From an uncultured bacterium (GTDB lineage: Bacteria; Patescibacteriota; Andersenbacteria; UBA10190; CAIZMI01): 64,000 bases of DNA. The notes under the pieces were generated by a model. That model was not told the origin of the DNA. It was given only the letters and a program-made list of their open reading frames with translations, and ran no database searches. The translations under genes and the position numbers were made by a program. Below, piece by piece: positions 27,051 through 37,307 of the stretch. The stretch is from contig CAIKKP010000057.1 in assembly GCA_903828055.1 (NCBI GenBank), positions 17,588 through 81,587 of the forward strand. The letters run 5' to 3'. Every line of letters starts with the position of its first letter. Within the stretch, counting starts at the first letter, position 1.

Positions 27051-27596
27051 ATGATTGAGTACGAAGAAAAAACCGATGAAGAATTAGTGGAAATTATTCG
27101 GTCGGTAGATCGAGAATTATTTTCAGTGATTATTGATCGGTATGAAAAAAAATTATTTAGATATGCGTTTAACCTGATTAAGAATGAGTTAAAAGCATCT
27201 GACATCGTACAAGAGGCATTCATCAAGTCTTTTATAAACCTCAAGGGCTTTGATACAAAAAAGAAGTTCTCGAGCTGGATCTATCGCATTGTTCATAACG
27301 AAGCAATGAATAGTGTAAAAAAATATCGCAAGGAGGTACCAATTCTGGATGATATGGATTTTCAGAGTAATGAAAACATTGAAAAAGATTTTGAAAAGAA
27401 AGAAATTAGTGAAGAAGTAGTGCAGTGTATGGATCAGTTGCCGTTAATGTATGCGGAACCGCTCGCGTTATATTATTTTGAAGATAAAACATATGATGAA
27501 ATTAGTGATATTTTGCACATCCCGCCCGGGACTGTTGCGATTCGCATTAAGAGATCGAAGATTATTATGAAAAAAATATGTCAAACGAAGAGATAA
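27051..27596 (+). CDS. ECF-type RNA polymerase sigma factor (sigma-70 family)
   Basis: Region 2 (…SWIYRIVHNEAMNSVKK…) and region 4 HTH (…TYDEISDILHIPPGTVAIRIKR…). Confidence 0.8.
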   Translation: MIEYEEKTDEELVEIIRSVDRELFSVIIDRYEKKLFRYAFNLIKNELKASDIVQEAFIKSFINLKGFDTKKKFSSWIYRIVHNEAMNSVKKYRKEVPILDDMDFQSNENIEKDFEKKEISEEVVQCMDQLPLMYAEPLALYYFEDKTYDEISDILHIPPGTVAIRIKRSKIIMKKICQTKR

Positions 27597-28054
27597 AAAT
27601 TAAAGACGCGGTGATGGAAAAAATTCGTCACGATGAAATAAAAATGCGCCCAACTATTTACTATATCGGCGGGTCGATTTTAATGCTTGTTGGGCTGGTT
27701 GCGTCGGTTGTGCTATCTGTTTTCCTGGTGAGCTTGGTCCAATTTTCTTTACGTTCTCATGGACCAATGGGTCAGTATCGCTTAGATCAGTTATTGGGAA
27801 GCTTTCCTTGGTGGACGATTCCGGTTGCAGTGGTGGGATTAGTTGCCGGAGTTATCATCTTACGTCGTTACGAGGTTGTCTATAAGCACAATGCGTGGTT
27901 GGTAGTTTCCGGATTCATTTTGTCTGTGTTGTTGGCTGGGATATTAATCAACTTAACCGGTTTGGATAATATTTGGTTAAAACGCGGTCCGATGCGGGGA
28001 ATGCTGAGAAACAATAGTCAAACACAGACTTTTGAGGATTTTAGAAGAAGATAG
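27578..28054 (+). CDS. Membrane protein, putative anti-sigma factor partner
   Basis: Overlaps the sigma gene's end; three to four TM helices. Confidence 0.5.
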   Translation: MSNEEIKIKDAVMEKIRHDEIKMRPTIYYIGGSILMLVGLVASVVLSVFLVSLVQFSLRSHGPMGQYRLDQLLGSFPWWTIPVAVVGLVAGVIILRRYEVVYKHNAWLVVSGFILSVLLAGILINLTGLDNIWLKRGPMRGMLRNNSQTQTFEDFRRR

Positions 28055-28105
28055 TAGTATGATGGCGAACTCACGGGATAAGCATTAATTTTTTTCGTTA
28101 ATTAG

Positions 28106-28375
28106 ATGAAAATAAAAGTGTACGGATCAGGTTGTTCTACATGTAAAAGTCTTTTCGAACGCGTAAAGAAGGTAATCATTGAAAACGAAATAACTGCTGA
28201 GGTGGAACATATTACCGATGTTCAAGCAATGATCGATATGGGTTTTATTCAAAGCCCGGCGCTTGTGATTGATGGGGTACCGGTTTTGGCCGGCCATATT
28301 CCCAGTGAGGAACAAATATTAGAAATAATTAAACTGAATAAGGAGACTGACATCAATCGGGAGGAAAAACAGTAA
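28106..28375 (+). CDS. Thioredoxin-family small redox protein (CxxC)
   Basis: GCSTCK motif; 89 aa; directly precedes a DUF318 permease (a recurring gene pair). Confidence 0.7.
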   Translation: MKIKVYGSGCSTCKSLFERVKKVIIENEITAEVEHITDVQAMIDMGFIQSPALVIDGVPVLAGHIPSEEQILEIIKLNKETDINREEKQ

Positions 28376-29346
28376 TGCGCATGAATATTTTTTATCCTGT
28401 TCAGTTTTTTGCGGATTTTCTTGTTTACCGTTTGATTAATCTTGATCCGGCTTCTCGTTTGGGTGAAGTGGTAAACTATTTTGTTTTTGACTCGGTAAAA
28501 ATATTGTTGATGCTATTGGTAATTATTTTTATTGTTTCTCTGCTTCGTACTTTTATTCCACCCGAACGAACCAGGCAGATATTGTCTGGAAAGAATACTC
28601 TGTTGGGCAATCTAACAGCTGCGCTCTTTGGCATTATTACTCCTTTTTGTACCTGTAGTGCGATCCCGCTCTTTTTGGGTTTTATACAGGCGGGCGTCCC
28701 GCTTGGTGTGACATTTTCTTTTCTGGTTTCATCGCCAATGATTAACGAGGTTGCGCTCGTTCTGTTGCTTGGTTCATTTGGACCCAAGGTGGCGTTGATT
28801 TATGTCACAAGTGGCTTGATAATCGCGACATTATCAGGATATATAATTGGTAAAATGAAGTTGGATGGTTTGGTGGATGATTCTGTTCTCAGTCAGACAA
28901 GGCCAGCGCAGTTTTATGGTTTCAAACAAAGTTGGAAACAAAGAGTAGTATATTCGTGGGCATATTCTCTCGGGATTCTAAAAAAGGTTTTGCCATATGT
29001 TTTGGTCGGTATTGCGCTTGGCGCATGGATTCATGGATACGTGCCCGCAGAGTTTTTGGCGCGTTGGGTGGGTGGTAACAATTGGTATGCCGTGCCACTG
29101 GCAACATTAATTGGTGTTCCGCTTTACTCAAATGCCGCCGGGGTTATACCGCTCGTTAGTGTGCTTACAGAGAAGGGAGTCGCGATGGGCACGACACTCG
29201 CATTCATGATGGCCGTGACAGGGCTTTCGCTTCCCGAGTTTATGATTTTAAAGAAAGTAATGAAAACCAAACTCCTTGTAATTTTTGCTACCATAGTGGC
29301 GATAGGGATTATTTTTACGGGTTATCTTTTTAACGCAATTCTTTAG
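28375..29346 (+). CDS. DUF318/UPF0718 family permease
   Basis: Polytopic membrane protein with a CTCS motif; start overlaps the previous stop. Confidence 0.7.
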   Translation: MRMNIFYPVQFFADFLVYRLINLDPASRLGEVVNYFVFDSVKILLMLLVIIFIVSLLRTFIPPERTRQILSGKNTLLGNLTAALFGIITPFCTCSAIPLFLGFIQAGVPLGVTFSFLVSSPMINEVALVLLLGSFGPKVALIYVTSGLIIATLSGYIIGKMKLDGLVDDSVLSQTRPAQFYGFKQSWKQRVVYSWAYSLGILKKVLPYVLVGIALGAWIHGYVPAEFLARWVGGNNWYAVPLATLIGVPLYSNAAGVIPLVSVLTEKGVAMGTTLAFMMAVTGLSLPEFMILKKVMKTKLLVIFATIVAIGIIFTGYLFNAIL

Positions 29347-29414
29347 TTGGTAAGTGATTTGGTTTGATGATTAACTGAGGATGTAATTTATAACTAATCC
29401 AGTATAATCACCGT

Positions 29415-30884
29415 ATGGCTAAGACAATAAAGGATTTAGTTCTCCGTTTGCGTGGACATCAAGGTAATTTGATTGCCGGAGTCTTGTTGTTAATAATGTT
29501 GTTGATACTACTTTCGCCGACGTTCAAGAGCAGACGGTCGGTTGAAGTGCTTTCAAAAAGCGAACCTTTTGTTTTGGTGCCAAAAGTGCCTGTTGCGAAT
29601 AAAGTGCTGGTTCCGGTTGGGAAGATTGATTATTTTTTCGTTTGGGTTGACGAGGGGGTGGCGGAAAATAAATTAAAGCCGGTCGATTTTGAATCAGTGG
29701 AGCTGGCCGTGATTGCACCTGATGGACGCAATTTACTTAAGGTGACAAAACCAAAACTAATTAAGCGGGAGGATAATGCGGCGTTGCAGTTTTCTTTTCC
29801 CACGATTAGCGTTGACGACGCCGAAATATACTCACTTGTTTTGGAGCAGACCGGAAATGGAAAAATAAAAGTGCGAATACCAAATAATGACCAAATCAAA
29901 AGCGGTGAAACAATAGCCATCGCACTGCAATTAGCCGAAAGAAAAAATTGGTTAACTTCGATGCTTGATAAAATTTACTCCGAAAATATCGCGAAGGATG
30001 ATATTTCAATGTATTTACATCGCGGGTTGCAGATTGTGCAAGGGAAAAATCCATATTCGTGCGCGATTGAGACGACGGAAGCGTGTATGGGGTATCCGGC
30101 GCATTTACCAGGGATGTATCTGGTGGCGGCCGGTTTCGCAAAATTCGGGGTTGATGATTTAGTGAGGTGGGCACAAGTGTGGCGGCCGATTATGATTCTA
30201 ACCTGGCTCAGTATTGGGGCCATACTGGCAATTTATTCTTATCGAAAAGGACGACCAATTTTGGCCGTAGCCATTTTAGGTTTTTGGTTGTTTAATCGGT
30301 GGTCGGTGAATGTGGCCCAAATTGCTCATACGGATTTTCTTGGTGTTTTGTTTTTGCTATTAGCAATTATCTTGGTGAATCGAATGCCGGCCTTGGCAGC
30401 CTTGTTCCTTGGAATTTCTATTTCTGTAAAACAGCTTGCTATTTTGATTGTTCCTATTTTCATTGTCTATTTGTGGCGCCATAAAAAAGTGAAATTCTCC
30501 AAATTATTTTTACATCTTGTTCTCGTATTTATTGTTCCTGCCCTGATTACGTTACCGTTTTTTATTAATGATCCAAGTGCTGTTACGAAGGCGCTTCTAA
30601 ATGTTACTGAACGCTCGGCGCAATCAGTGCATGGCTTCGCGCCATCAATGGATCAGTTGCTGGATGTGACAAATAATAGCAAATCGTTTCTGATGCTGTT
30701 TATCGTTGGTGCTGTTTATGTTGCGGGCTGGCGGAAAGAAGTTAATTTAGTTGCGGGAACATTACTAATTATGGCGATTGTTATGGGCTTCACATCCGTA
30801 TTGTACAACCAGTATTTTGTCTGGCTACTTCCGTTTATCGCTTTAGTCGTGGTCGATTTTAGTGTGCGAGATAAGTTTGATTGA
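29415..30884 (+). CDS. Polytopic membrane protein (possible GT-C/DUF2029-like glycosyltransferase)
   Basis: N-terminal TM, then a roughly 230-aa extracytoplasmic region, then at least eight TM helices. Confidence 0.5.
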   Translation: MAKTIKDLVLRLRGHQGNLIAGVLLLIMLLILLSPTFKSRRSVEVLSKSEPFVLVPKVPVANKVLVPVGKIDYFFVWVDEGVAENKLKPVDFESVELAVIAPDGRNLLKVTKPKLIKREDNAALQFSFPTISVDDAEIYSLVLEQTGNGKIKVRIPNNDQIKSGETIAIALQLAERKNWLTSMLDKIYSENIAKDDISMYLHRGLQIVQGKNPYSCAIETTEACMGYPAHLPGMYLVAAGFAKFGVDDLVRWAQVWRPIMILTWLSIGAILAIYSYRKGRPILAVAILGFWLFNRWSVNVAQIAHTDFLGVLFLLLAIILVNRMPALAALFLGISISVKQLAILIVPIFIVYLWRHKKVKFSKLFLHLVLVFIVPALITLPFFINDPSAVTKALLNVTERSAQSVHGFAPSMDQLLDVTNNSKSFLMLFIVGAVYVAGWRKEVNLVAGTLLIMAIVMGFTSVLYNQYFVWLLPFIALVVVDFSVRDKFD

Positions 30885-30956
30885 TTTTTTCAGTCGTTGA
30901 TTTATGGGAAAAATTAAAGTTTGTATTCTCAAAAAAATAGGTGTTAAAATAAAGAG

Positions 30957-31511
30957 ATGAGGAAAGTGGTATTGGCGAGCATGAATATTGTCTTGATGGT
31001 AGCTTTTATAATTGTTGCTAAACCGGTTTTTGCGCACCGTTCCGGATGCCACAATTTGCACACATGTCCTTCGGATAACAAAACATATGTTTGTGGCGAT
31101 TTGGGGTATCCGTGTGATGGATCTACGAGCGCGGAGAAAATTTCAATTAAACAAATTAGTGTTCCCCTGGTTATTGAAAAAGCATTTCTTGATACTTTTG
31201 GCCGTAAACCAACTGACTTCGAAAGTGCTTATTGGAAAAATCGTTTTCGCAACGATAAAGATGGTTTGTATAAAATACGGAGAACCATGAAGTGGTATGA
31301 ATCGGTTGGCTCTTTTGGACCGAAAGTTTCTGTGAGTGTTGCGAAGGCAAGACTTGTAAAAAACATGAATTCTATTTTTGCCAGTGTCTATGGTCGACAG
31401 CCTTCTGAATCTGAGAATAAGTATTGGTTAACGAGGTTAATCGACAAAACAACGGAGGAGACTTTAGTAAACACGATGCAGTATCATCGCGTAAACAATT
31501 TGGTTCACTAA
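30957..31511 (+). CDS. Secreted hypothetical protein (DUF4214-like repeats)
   Basis: Signal peptide; repeated …FGR.P…YW..R… pattern. Confidence 0.55.
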   Translation: MRKVVLASMNIVLMVAFIIVAKPVFAHRSGCHNLHTCPSDNKTYVCGDLGYPCDGSTSAEKISIKQISVPLVIEKAFLDTFGRKPTDFESAYWKNRFRNDKDGLYKIRRTMKWYESVGSFGPKVSVSVAKARLVKNMNSIFASVYGRQPSESENKYWLTRLIDKTTEETLVNTMQYHRVNNLVH

Positions 31512-31560
31512 TGTGTTTGCAAAAATTTTAAAAACAAATAATTTTGCTATACTGTAAAAG

Positions 31561-34023
31561 ATGTGTTTGCGAGATAAAAAGGTCTTAGTGATAAGGGAAT
31601 TATTTACCCTATTTTTTGTCGTGAGTGTGTTTTTGGGATTGTCTGCAAAACAGGTATCAGCCGCGGACTGGACCGGAGAGTATTGGAATCTGTCCGCGTT
31701 TTCCGGTGCATCTCCCGCATTTCCAAGTGGGGTGCCAACATTAACCCGCACCGATTCAACGATAAATTTTGATTGGGGGATGGGGTCGCCTGATTCGTCT
31801 ATTAATGTTGATGATTTTGCGACACGTTGGACAAAGACATTGGATATGGCGGGTGGTTCATATACATTTACAACCAATTCTGATGATGGAGTACGCTTTT
31901 ATATGGATGGTAATTTATTACTTTCGTCTTGGATCGATCAGGCGCCGGCCGTAAATAGTGTAACGACTACTGTTACGGCGGGCAGTCACACATTAAAAGT
32001 TGAATATTATGAAAACGGCGGTGGGGCCGTTATACAATTTTCCTATGATTCTCCGCCGGGAGTTTCTTCTTTTTCGCCGGCCACCGGGGCAACCGGTGTA
32101 GTCCCAACTTCCAACTTGGTTGTAACATTTAGTGAAAATATTACGGCGGTATCGGGAAAGAATATTGCAATTAAGAAAACCGAAGACGATACGACAGTGG
32201 AAACAATTTCTGCCAACGATACCGGGAAAGTGTCAGTGAGTGGCGCTATTGCAACAATTAATCCGGCCACCGTATTATCTGATTTGACGGGGTATTATGT
32301 ACTGATTGACAGCGGAGCATTCAAAGACAGTGCCAATAAAATTTTTGCCGGAATTTCCGCAAAAACAGATTGGGCTTTTACGACGGCCGATACATCCGCT
32401 CCGCTTGTTTCCATCCTTACTCCTGCCAATTCCGCAACTTCGGTAGCTCCATCGGCAAATTTGGTTTTGGCATTTAATGAAAATATTACAGCGGTTGCCG
32501 GTAAAAACATTACGATCAAAAAGAAGTCCGATGTGTCGGATGTGGAAGTAATTTCCGCCAATGACACCGGAAAAGTGACGGTAAGCGGAAATACGGCAAG
32601 TATCAATCCCGCAACAGTCTTGGATGATCTGACACAATATTATGTCTTGACGGACAGCGGTGCTTTTAAAGACACGGCAAACAATTCCTTTGCCGGTATA
32701 GCTGATTCAACTGTTTGGGGGTTTACCACGGCAGATTCTACCGCGCCGACTGCGGTGGCGTTGGTGCCGGTTAGTGGGAGTTTAGGTGTGACCCTTGGCG
32801 CGAATCTTTCGATTGAGTTTAATGAGCCGATAGTTGTCGGTGCAGGCAATGTGCGGATATTTGCGAAAAATTCTGACGTTGAAATTGCAACAATTGATGT
32901 TACCGGTGCCGGAGTGACAAATAATGGTTCGGGAATAATCGCTATCAATCCGTCTGCTGATTTGCAGTATCAAACAGATTATTACGTAAAAATTGATGGA
33001 ACAGCTTTTGTTGATACTGCGAGTAATGCTTACGCAGGAATTTCCGATAAAACAACTTGGGTGTTTACAACCGTTGTGGCGCCGGCTGTGGTATTGGATG
33101 GCAACAACGGGTCTGGTGATAAACAAGAAAACGAACGACCTGATCCGGTACAATCTCTAGCTTCTTTTGAAAATAAAGCAGTTAGTTCAACGGGGGAGGT
33201 GCCAAAAATCGAAGTTGTTACCGGCGAGAAATTTGTATTAAAAATCAAAGCCCCGGATTCTGATCAAGTAAAATCTGTTGTGGTAAAAATTGACAATAAA
33301 GCATATCGTCTTGTTCTTGATAAGAACGATCCTAAAAATCCTTTTTTTGCAATTAAATTACTGCTTGATAAACCTGGAAAATATTCGTATAGCGCAGTGA
33401 CGGATTATGGTTCAACGGTGCGCAGGAGTAAGGGCGTGGTTTTGGTGGGAGAAAAAAAGAAAGAAATTGTTGCAACTCCAAAACCGCGGGTGGTGGTAAA
33501 AAAAGAAAAAACTAAAATTGCTGTTGATAAGCCAACGGCTGTTTCGCTAAATAAAACCGAATCAGTTACGGGCAAAAATTTAGTTGCCATCCCACAATCG
33601 GCACCCAAGACGGTTAAAGAAGTCGTGTCAAAAATTTCTTGGTTTAATCGCACGGTATCTAAAATTTCTTCTGCCTCGCGAGTAGTAACTGGTTTTGTTA
33701 GTGGTAGTGGAAATAAAATAGTCAGTCTTTTCGAGAAGAAGCCGGCTCACATTTATCGAACAGTCACTGTAAAGCTGGCGACGGCTGAAGGTGTCCCGCT
33801 GGTGGGCGCAACGGTCACGTTGTTTTCTGATCCAAAAACATCAGTTTCTAATCAGGATGGAAAAGCAGAGTTTCATGATATAGAAGCGGGGAAACATAAA
33901 TTGCAGATCGATTATCAGGGTTACAAGAGCAAACAATCACTTGAGATCACGGAACCCGTTACGGAGGTAACGATTAATGTAACTGCAAACTTAAATAAGG
34001 GTTGGCGTTTTCTAGGATTTTAG
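31561..34023 (+). CDS. Large surface protein with N-terminal PA14 domain, Ig-like repeats and conserved C-terminal domain
   Basis: PA14-like region (FATRWTKTLDMAGGSYTFTTNSDDGVRFYMDGNLLLSSW); Ig-like modules and C-terminus are roughly 60-75% identical to 19105..21867. Confidence 0.8.
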   Translation: MCLRDKKVLVIRELFTLFFVVSVFLGLSAKQVSAADWTGEYWNLSAFSGASPAFPSGVPTLTRTDSTINFDWGMGSPDSSINVDDFATRWTKTLDMAGGSYTFTTNSDDGVRFYMDGNLLLSSWIDQAPAVNSVTTTVTAGSHTLKVEYYENGGGAVIQFSYDSPPGVSSFSPATGATGVVPTSNLVVTFSENITAVSGKNIAIKKTEDDTTVETISANDTGKVSVSGAIATINPATVLSDLTGYYVLIDSGAFKDSANKIFAGISAKTDWAFTTADTSAPLVSILTPANSATSVAPSANLVLAFNENITAVAGKNITIKKKSDVSDVEVISANDTGKVTVSGNTASINPATVLDDLTQYYVLTDSGAFKDTANNSFAGIADSTVWGFTTADSTAPTAVALVPVSGSLGVTLGANLSIEFNEPIVVGAGNVRIFAKNSDVEIATIDVTGAGVTNNGSGIIAINPSADLQYQTDYYVKIDGTAFVDTASNAYAGISDKTTWVFTTVVAPAVVLDGNNGSGDKQENERPDPVQSLASFENKAVSSTGEVPKIEVVTGEKFVLKIKAPDSDQVKSVVVKIDNKAYRLVLDKNDPKNPFFAIKLLLDKPGKYSYSAVTDYGSTVRRSKGVVLVGEKKKEIVATPKPRVVVKKEKTKIAVDKPTAVSLNKTESVTGKNLVAIPQSAPKTVKEVVSKISWFNRTVSKISSASRVVTGFVSGSGNKIVSLFEKKPAHIYRTVTVKLATAEGVPLVGATVTLFSDPKTSVSNQDGKAEFHDIEAGKHKLQIDYQGYKSKQSLEITEPVTEVTINVTANLNKGWRFLGF

Positions 34024-34043
34024 ACGATCAGGTATTTTTTAAC

Positions 34044-34610
34044 ATGACGTCAGTTACTCATCAACTTGTTGCGCTTACTGCGGGGTCGCTTGTGTTGGTT
34101 ACTCACCCGCAAACAAGTGGGCCCGCTTTGGCCACAATTGTTGTTATTGCTGTTATGGTCGGAGCGCTAACGCCGGACCTAGATCAGCCGGCTGCTAATT
34201 TAGGAAATCGGTTGTTGGGTGCGCGTGTGGTGGGGAAAATTGCCAATCAATTTTCCGGAGGACATCGGCATTTTACCCATTCAATTTTGGGGCTTTTGGC
34301 CATCGGTTATGGTTTGCATTGGATAATCAATCATTGGCTGGCACCCGGCATGGCAAATAGTGCGCAATTTGTGTGGTGGGCGTTTATGATTGGTTATGTC
34401 AGTCACATCGTCGCGGATACTTTTACTGATCGCGGGGTACCGTGGTTGTGGCCATTGCCGTGGCATTTTCAAATTCCGCCCGGTCCAGCCGTTTTTCGTG
34501 TGACAACGGGGAGTTTTGTAGAGGTGTTGATTTTGCGCGGTGGGTTGATTATTTTTCTGGCGATTTTATTAAGATCTAACATGGCTATCTTTCTGAATTT
34601 TTGGAAATAA
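34044..34610 (+). CDS. Membrane-bound metal-dependent hydrolase (DUF457/YdjM-like)
   Basis: HSILG…SHIVADTFTDRGVPWLWP motifs; start placed at MTSVTHQ. Confidence 0.6.
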   Translation: MTSVTHQLVALTAGSLVLVTHPQTSGPALATIVVIAVMVGALTPDLDQPAANLGNRLLGARVVGKIANQFSGGHRHFTHSILGLLAIGYGLHWIINHWLAPGMANSAQFVWWAFMIGYVSHIVADTFTDRGVPWLWPLPWHFQIPPGPAVFRVTTGSFVEVLILRGGLIIFLAILLRSNMAIFLNFWK

Positions 34611-34645
34611 AACTGGATTACGATATACTTAAATCAAACAAATAT

Positions 34646-35125
34646 ATGAAAAGACCAATTACCCTGGAACAACATAAGAAAACTAAAAAAGAGATTGAAA
34701 ACATGAGCGTAAGGGTTTTGAGTGTTAATGAGCGCGCGTTGAATCGATTAAGTGATATCTTAGGATCGTCTTGGACGGTGTATTTATTCACGCTTATTGC
34801 TATTGTGGCGCTTACACAGGTTAGAACGTTAATGGAGTTGATTCAGTGGTTTAGTCAAACTTTAGTACAGTTTGTTGCATTAGCGATTATTCAGGGACAT
34901 TCCAATTTACAAAGCAAAAAAGATGAAAGACGAACAAAAATGATGGTTAAGATCTTTGCTGAAAATGAACGTGATATTCATCATTTATTGCGTCATCAAG
35001 ATTATCAGAATCAGCAAATCGATAGGCTTCTGAAAGAAATTAAGTCTATCAAAGTCGTTGCGAAATCGAAACCGTCAGATAAAATTGAATCGAAAGAAGA
35101 GCCAAAAGAATCTTCTGAAAATTAA
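34646..35125 (+). CDS. Hypothetical membrane protein (DUF1003-like)
   Basis: Two TM helices plus a coiled-coil C-terminus; ATG at 34646 chosen over the TTG at 34601. Confidence 0.45.
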   Translation: MKRPITLEQHKKTKKEIENMSVRVLSVNERALNRLSDILGSSWTVYLFTLIAIVALTQVRTLMELIQWFSQTLVQFVALAIIQGHSNLQSKKDERRTKMMVKIFAENERDIHHLLRHQDYQNQQIDRLLKEIKSIKVVAKSKPSDKIESKEEPKESSEN

Positions 35126-35163
35126 AAAACCGCCAAGTGATACTTGGCGGGGTTCCGGTGTTG

Positions 35164-36324
35164 TTATCGGGGGAGGTTTGCAAGGAGATCGACTTTTTGA
35201 GGCTCTTCTCCCTGTTTAATGACGGAGTAGAAGCGACCATCGTGCAGATCACTGAGGATGTTGAGGAAAACATGAATGGCGTAACGGATCACCATTATGT
35301 AATCTTGCGCATCGCATTCGCGAACCATAGTTTCAAGAGTCTCTTGTTGATGTTTTGACCATGTGACCTGAATCGGCCGATCTCCCGGTGGTGTGCCTGG
35401 TTGTTGATGTGATAGGCCTCCAAGGTATATACCTCCCATCGAGTAGTCTCCCGCACTGCAGACGATGCGGTATCCTTGTTTGTGCCAAGACATTAATTCC
35501 GCAAAAACATTCACTGTTGCGTGGACGATCGTTTCGAGTGTTGGCAATGTCGGTGCTAGTGATGCCCCTTCTGCGTACATGGCAATTTGTTCCAGAATAA
35601 TTCGATCGCGTCGATAGAGTGGCAACATTTCCGTTTTGTAGTCGGCGTCGACCGCACTGATTCGGAATTGGCAGGTGGGTGTGCCCCACCAGATTTTTTC
35701 ACGACATCGACGAGGGTGGCGTGGTACTTGTTCAAGTGTATGACTCAGTGAAAGACCGTAATCAAACTCGCCTTCATACAAAGTAATGTACGCTACTTCG
35801 TTCTTGTAATTCCGATCATTGAATCGGGAACTCCCCAAAAGGATGGCACGACCGAACGAAACCAGAGCTGGTTTTTGAGCGAGCAGTGCTACACCCTCAT
35901 CGATTGTCAATTGGGAACGGTGTGGTGTTTTTACTGAAAGCCCACCGCTGTCAGGAAATTGGATTTTTGTGTTTTCTCCGTCCTCGACATCAATCAGCAG
36001 ATACCAGTTTGTTGGTGGTAATTTGACTACAGTGTTTAGATCTTTTGGGTCAAAGCTCCTAATACTCTCTTCCCAATTTCGCTGGTTGATGACTTGTAAT
36101 TGATCAGGCAAAGGCATTTTTTCGTCAGTGATCACCAGTAAGATAGGTAAATTCTTTTCCGGGATTTCGATGTCGACAATTCGTGAAAGTTGGTTGCGCA
36201 ACGGTTGGAGCGCATCCTTAAACTCATCGGTTGTCATGCCGAGTGCTTGCGGATAACCGAGTACGATCAATTGGTTCATCTGGTTTGTGAATTTGGCGTT
36301 AAGAGAAGTGAGTAGCCATTTCAT
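35164..36324 (-). CDS. Hypothetical protein (moderately GC-rich)
   Basis: Start chosen at MKWLLTSL, which has an AAGGAGA RBS 7 nt upstream. Confidence 0.6.
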   Translation of the reverse strand: MKWLLTSLNAKFTNQMNQLIVLGYPQALGMTTDEFKDALQPLRNQLSRIVDIEIPEKNLPILLVITDEKMPLPDQLQVINQRNWEESIRSFDPKDLNTVVKLPPTNWYLLIDVEDGENTKIQFPDSGGLSVKTPHRSQLTIDEGVALLAQKPALVSFGRAILLGSSRFNDRNYKNEVAYITLYEGEFDYGLSLSHTLEQVPRHPRRCREKIWWGTPTCQFRISAVDADYKTEMLPLYRRDRIILEQIAMYAEGASLAPTLPTLETIVHATVNVFAELMSWHKQGYRIVCSAGDYSMGGIYLGGLSHQQPGTPPGDRPIQVTWSKHQQETLETMVRECDAQDYIMVIRYAIHVFLNILSDLHDGRFYSVIKQGEEPQKVDLLANLPR

Positions 36325-36476
36325 AACTATTCTCCTTGCAGATTGTGAAAGAACAAACAGAAACAATCGGTACGCTACAAGGATTGCTTTTTCGTGCAAT
36401 AAGGTCTATAAATAAAGACAAGCTGGAAGCAATAATACTAATAATCAGCCAATATAAGCCAATTAATACTATTAAA

Positions 36477-37241
36477 ATGTTGTCGAAAAATATGTACGAA
36501 AAGGATTTGATTGCCGTAGGTCTCGATGAAAAACAAGCCAAAGTATATTTGGCATCTTTGGAATTGGGTCCGGCCTCAGTTCCTGTGATTGCTCGTTAGG
36601 CCGGTATTAAGCGTACAACTGCCTATGGCATCCTTGATGAGTTGGTCACGCAAGGTTTGGTAAATACCGGTTTTAAGAAGAAAACTAAATTATTTATTGC
36701 GCAGGATCCAACGCAATTGGTTTCCATTCTCAAGGAACGACAACGAAAGATTGAGAGTATTTTGCCAGAGCTTTCTGATTTGTATTCTACAAACAACGTG
36801 CGTCCCAAAATTACTTATTTTGAAGGGCGCGATGGCGTGCGGAAAATTTATGACGATATTCTGGATTGTCGCGAGAAACAAGTTAAGCAGATCGTCAAAG
36901 CACGCGATCACGCAATTGCGGTCGGTGAGGATTTTATTAATGAGTATGTAAGGAAGCGCGTATTACGCGGCATTACGGCATATGATTTACATCCCAAATC
37001 TGGAGATATTTATACCGCTGAACGGGGCATGGAAAATTCCAAACTAAAACGTTTTGTCCGTTATTTACCCCCGTCGGTTTTCTATGCGTCGATGATTATG
37101 ATTTATGACAATAAAGTGGCGATGGTTTCCACCAAGAAAGAAAACTTCGGTTTTATTATGGAGAGCAGGGAGTTTGCAAGTACTTTGGGTGCGTACTTTG
37201 ACCTAATGTGGAAACTTGGGTCGACTATGCCGGAAGCGTAG
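36477..37241 (+). pseudogene. TrmB-family transcriptional regulator interrupted by one in-frame TAG (36597-36599)
   Basis: N-terminal HTH …KQAKVYLASLELGPASVPVIAR-[TAG]-AGIKRTTAYGILDELVTQGLV… continues in the same frame into the TrmB C-terminal domain (ORF 36642..37241). Confidence 0.6.
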
Positions 37242-37307
37242 GCTGTGGTTTGACTTTATTGGGAGCAATGAACAGAATGAGTTATAACCTTAAATAAATC
37301 TACATAT

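Noticed and set aside
36597-36599. Alternative genetic code (amber/opal reassignment, for example code 25) to explain the in-frame TAG in trmB
   Set aside because: TAA, TAG and TGA all terminate well-supported genes in this window at expected protein lengths (for example TGA ends 7573..8157 and 12394..12912; TAG ends rsgA and znuB). A single-site event or error is more parsimonious.
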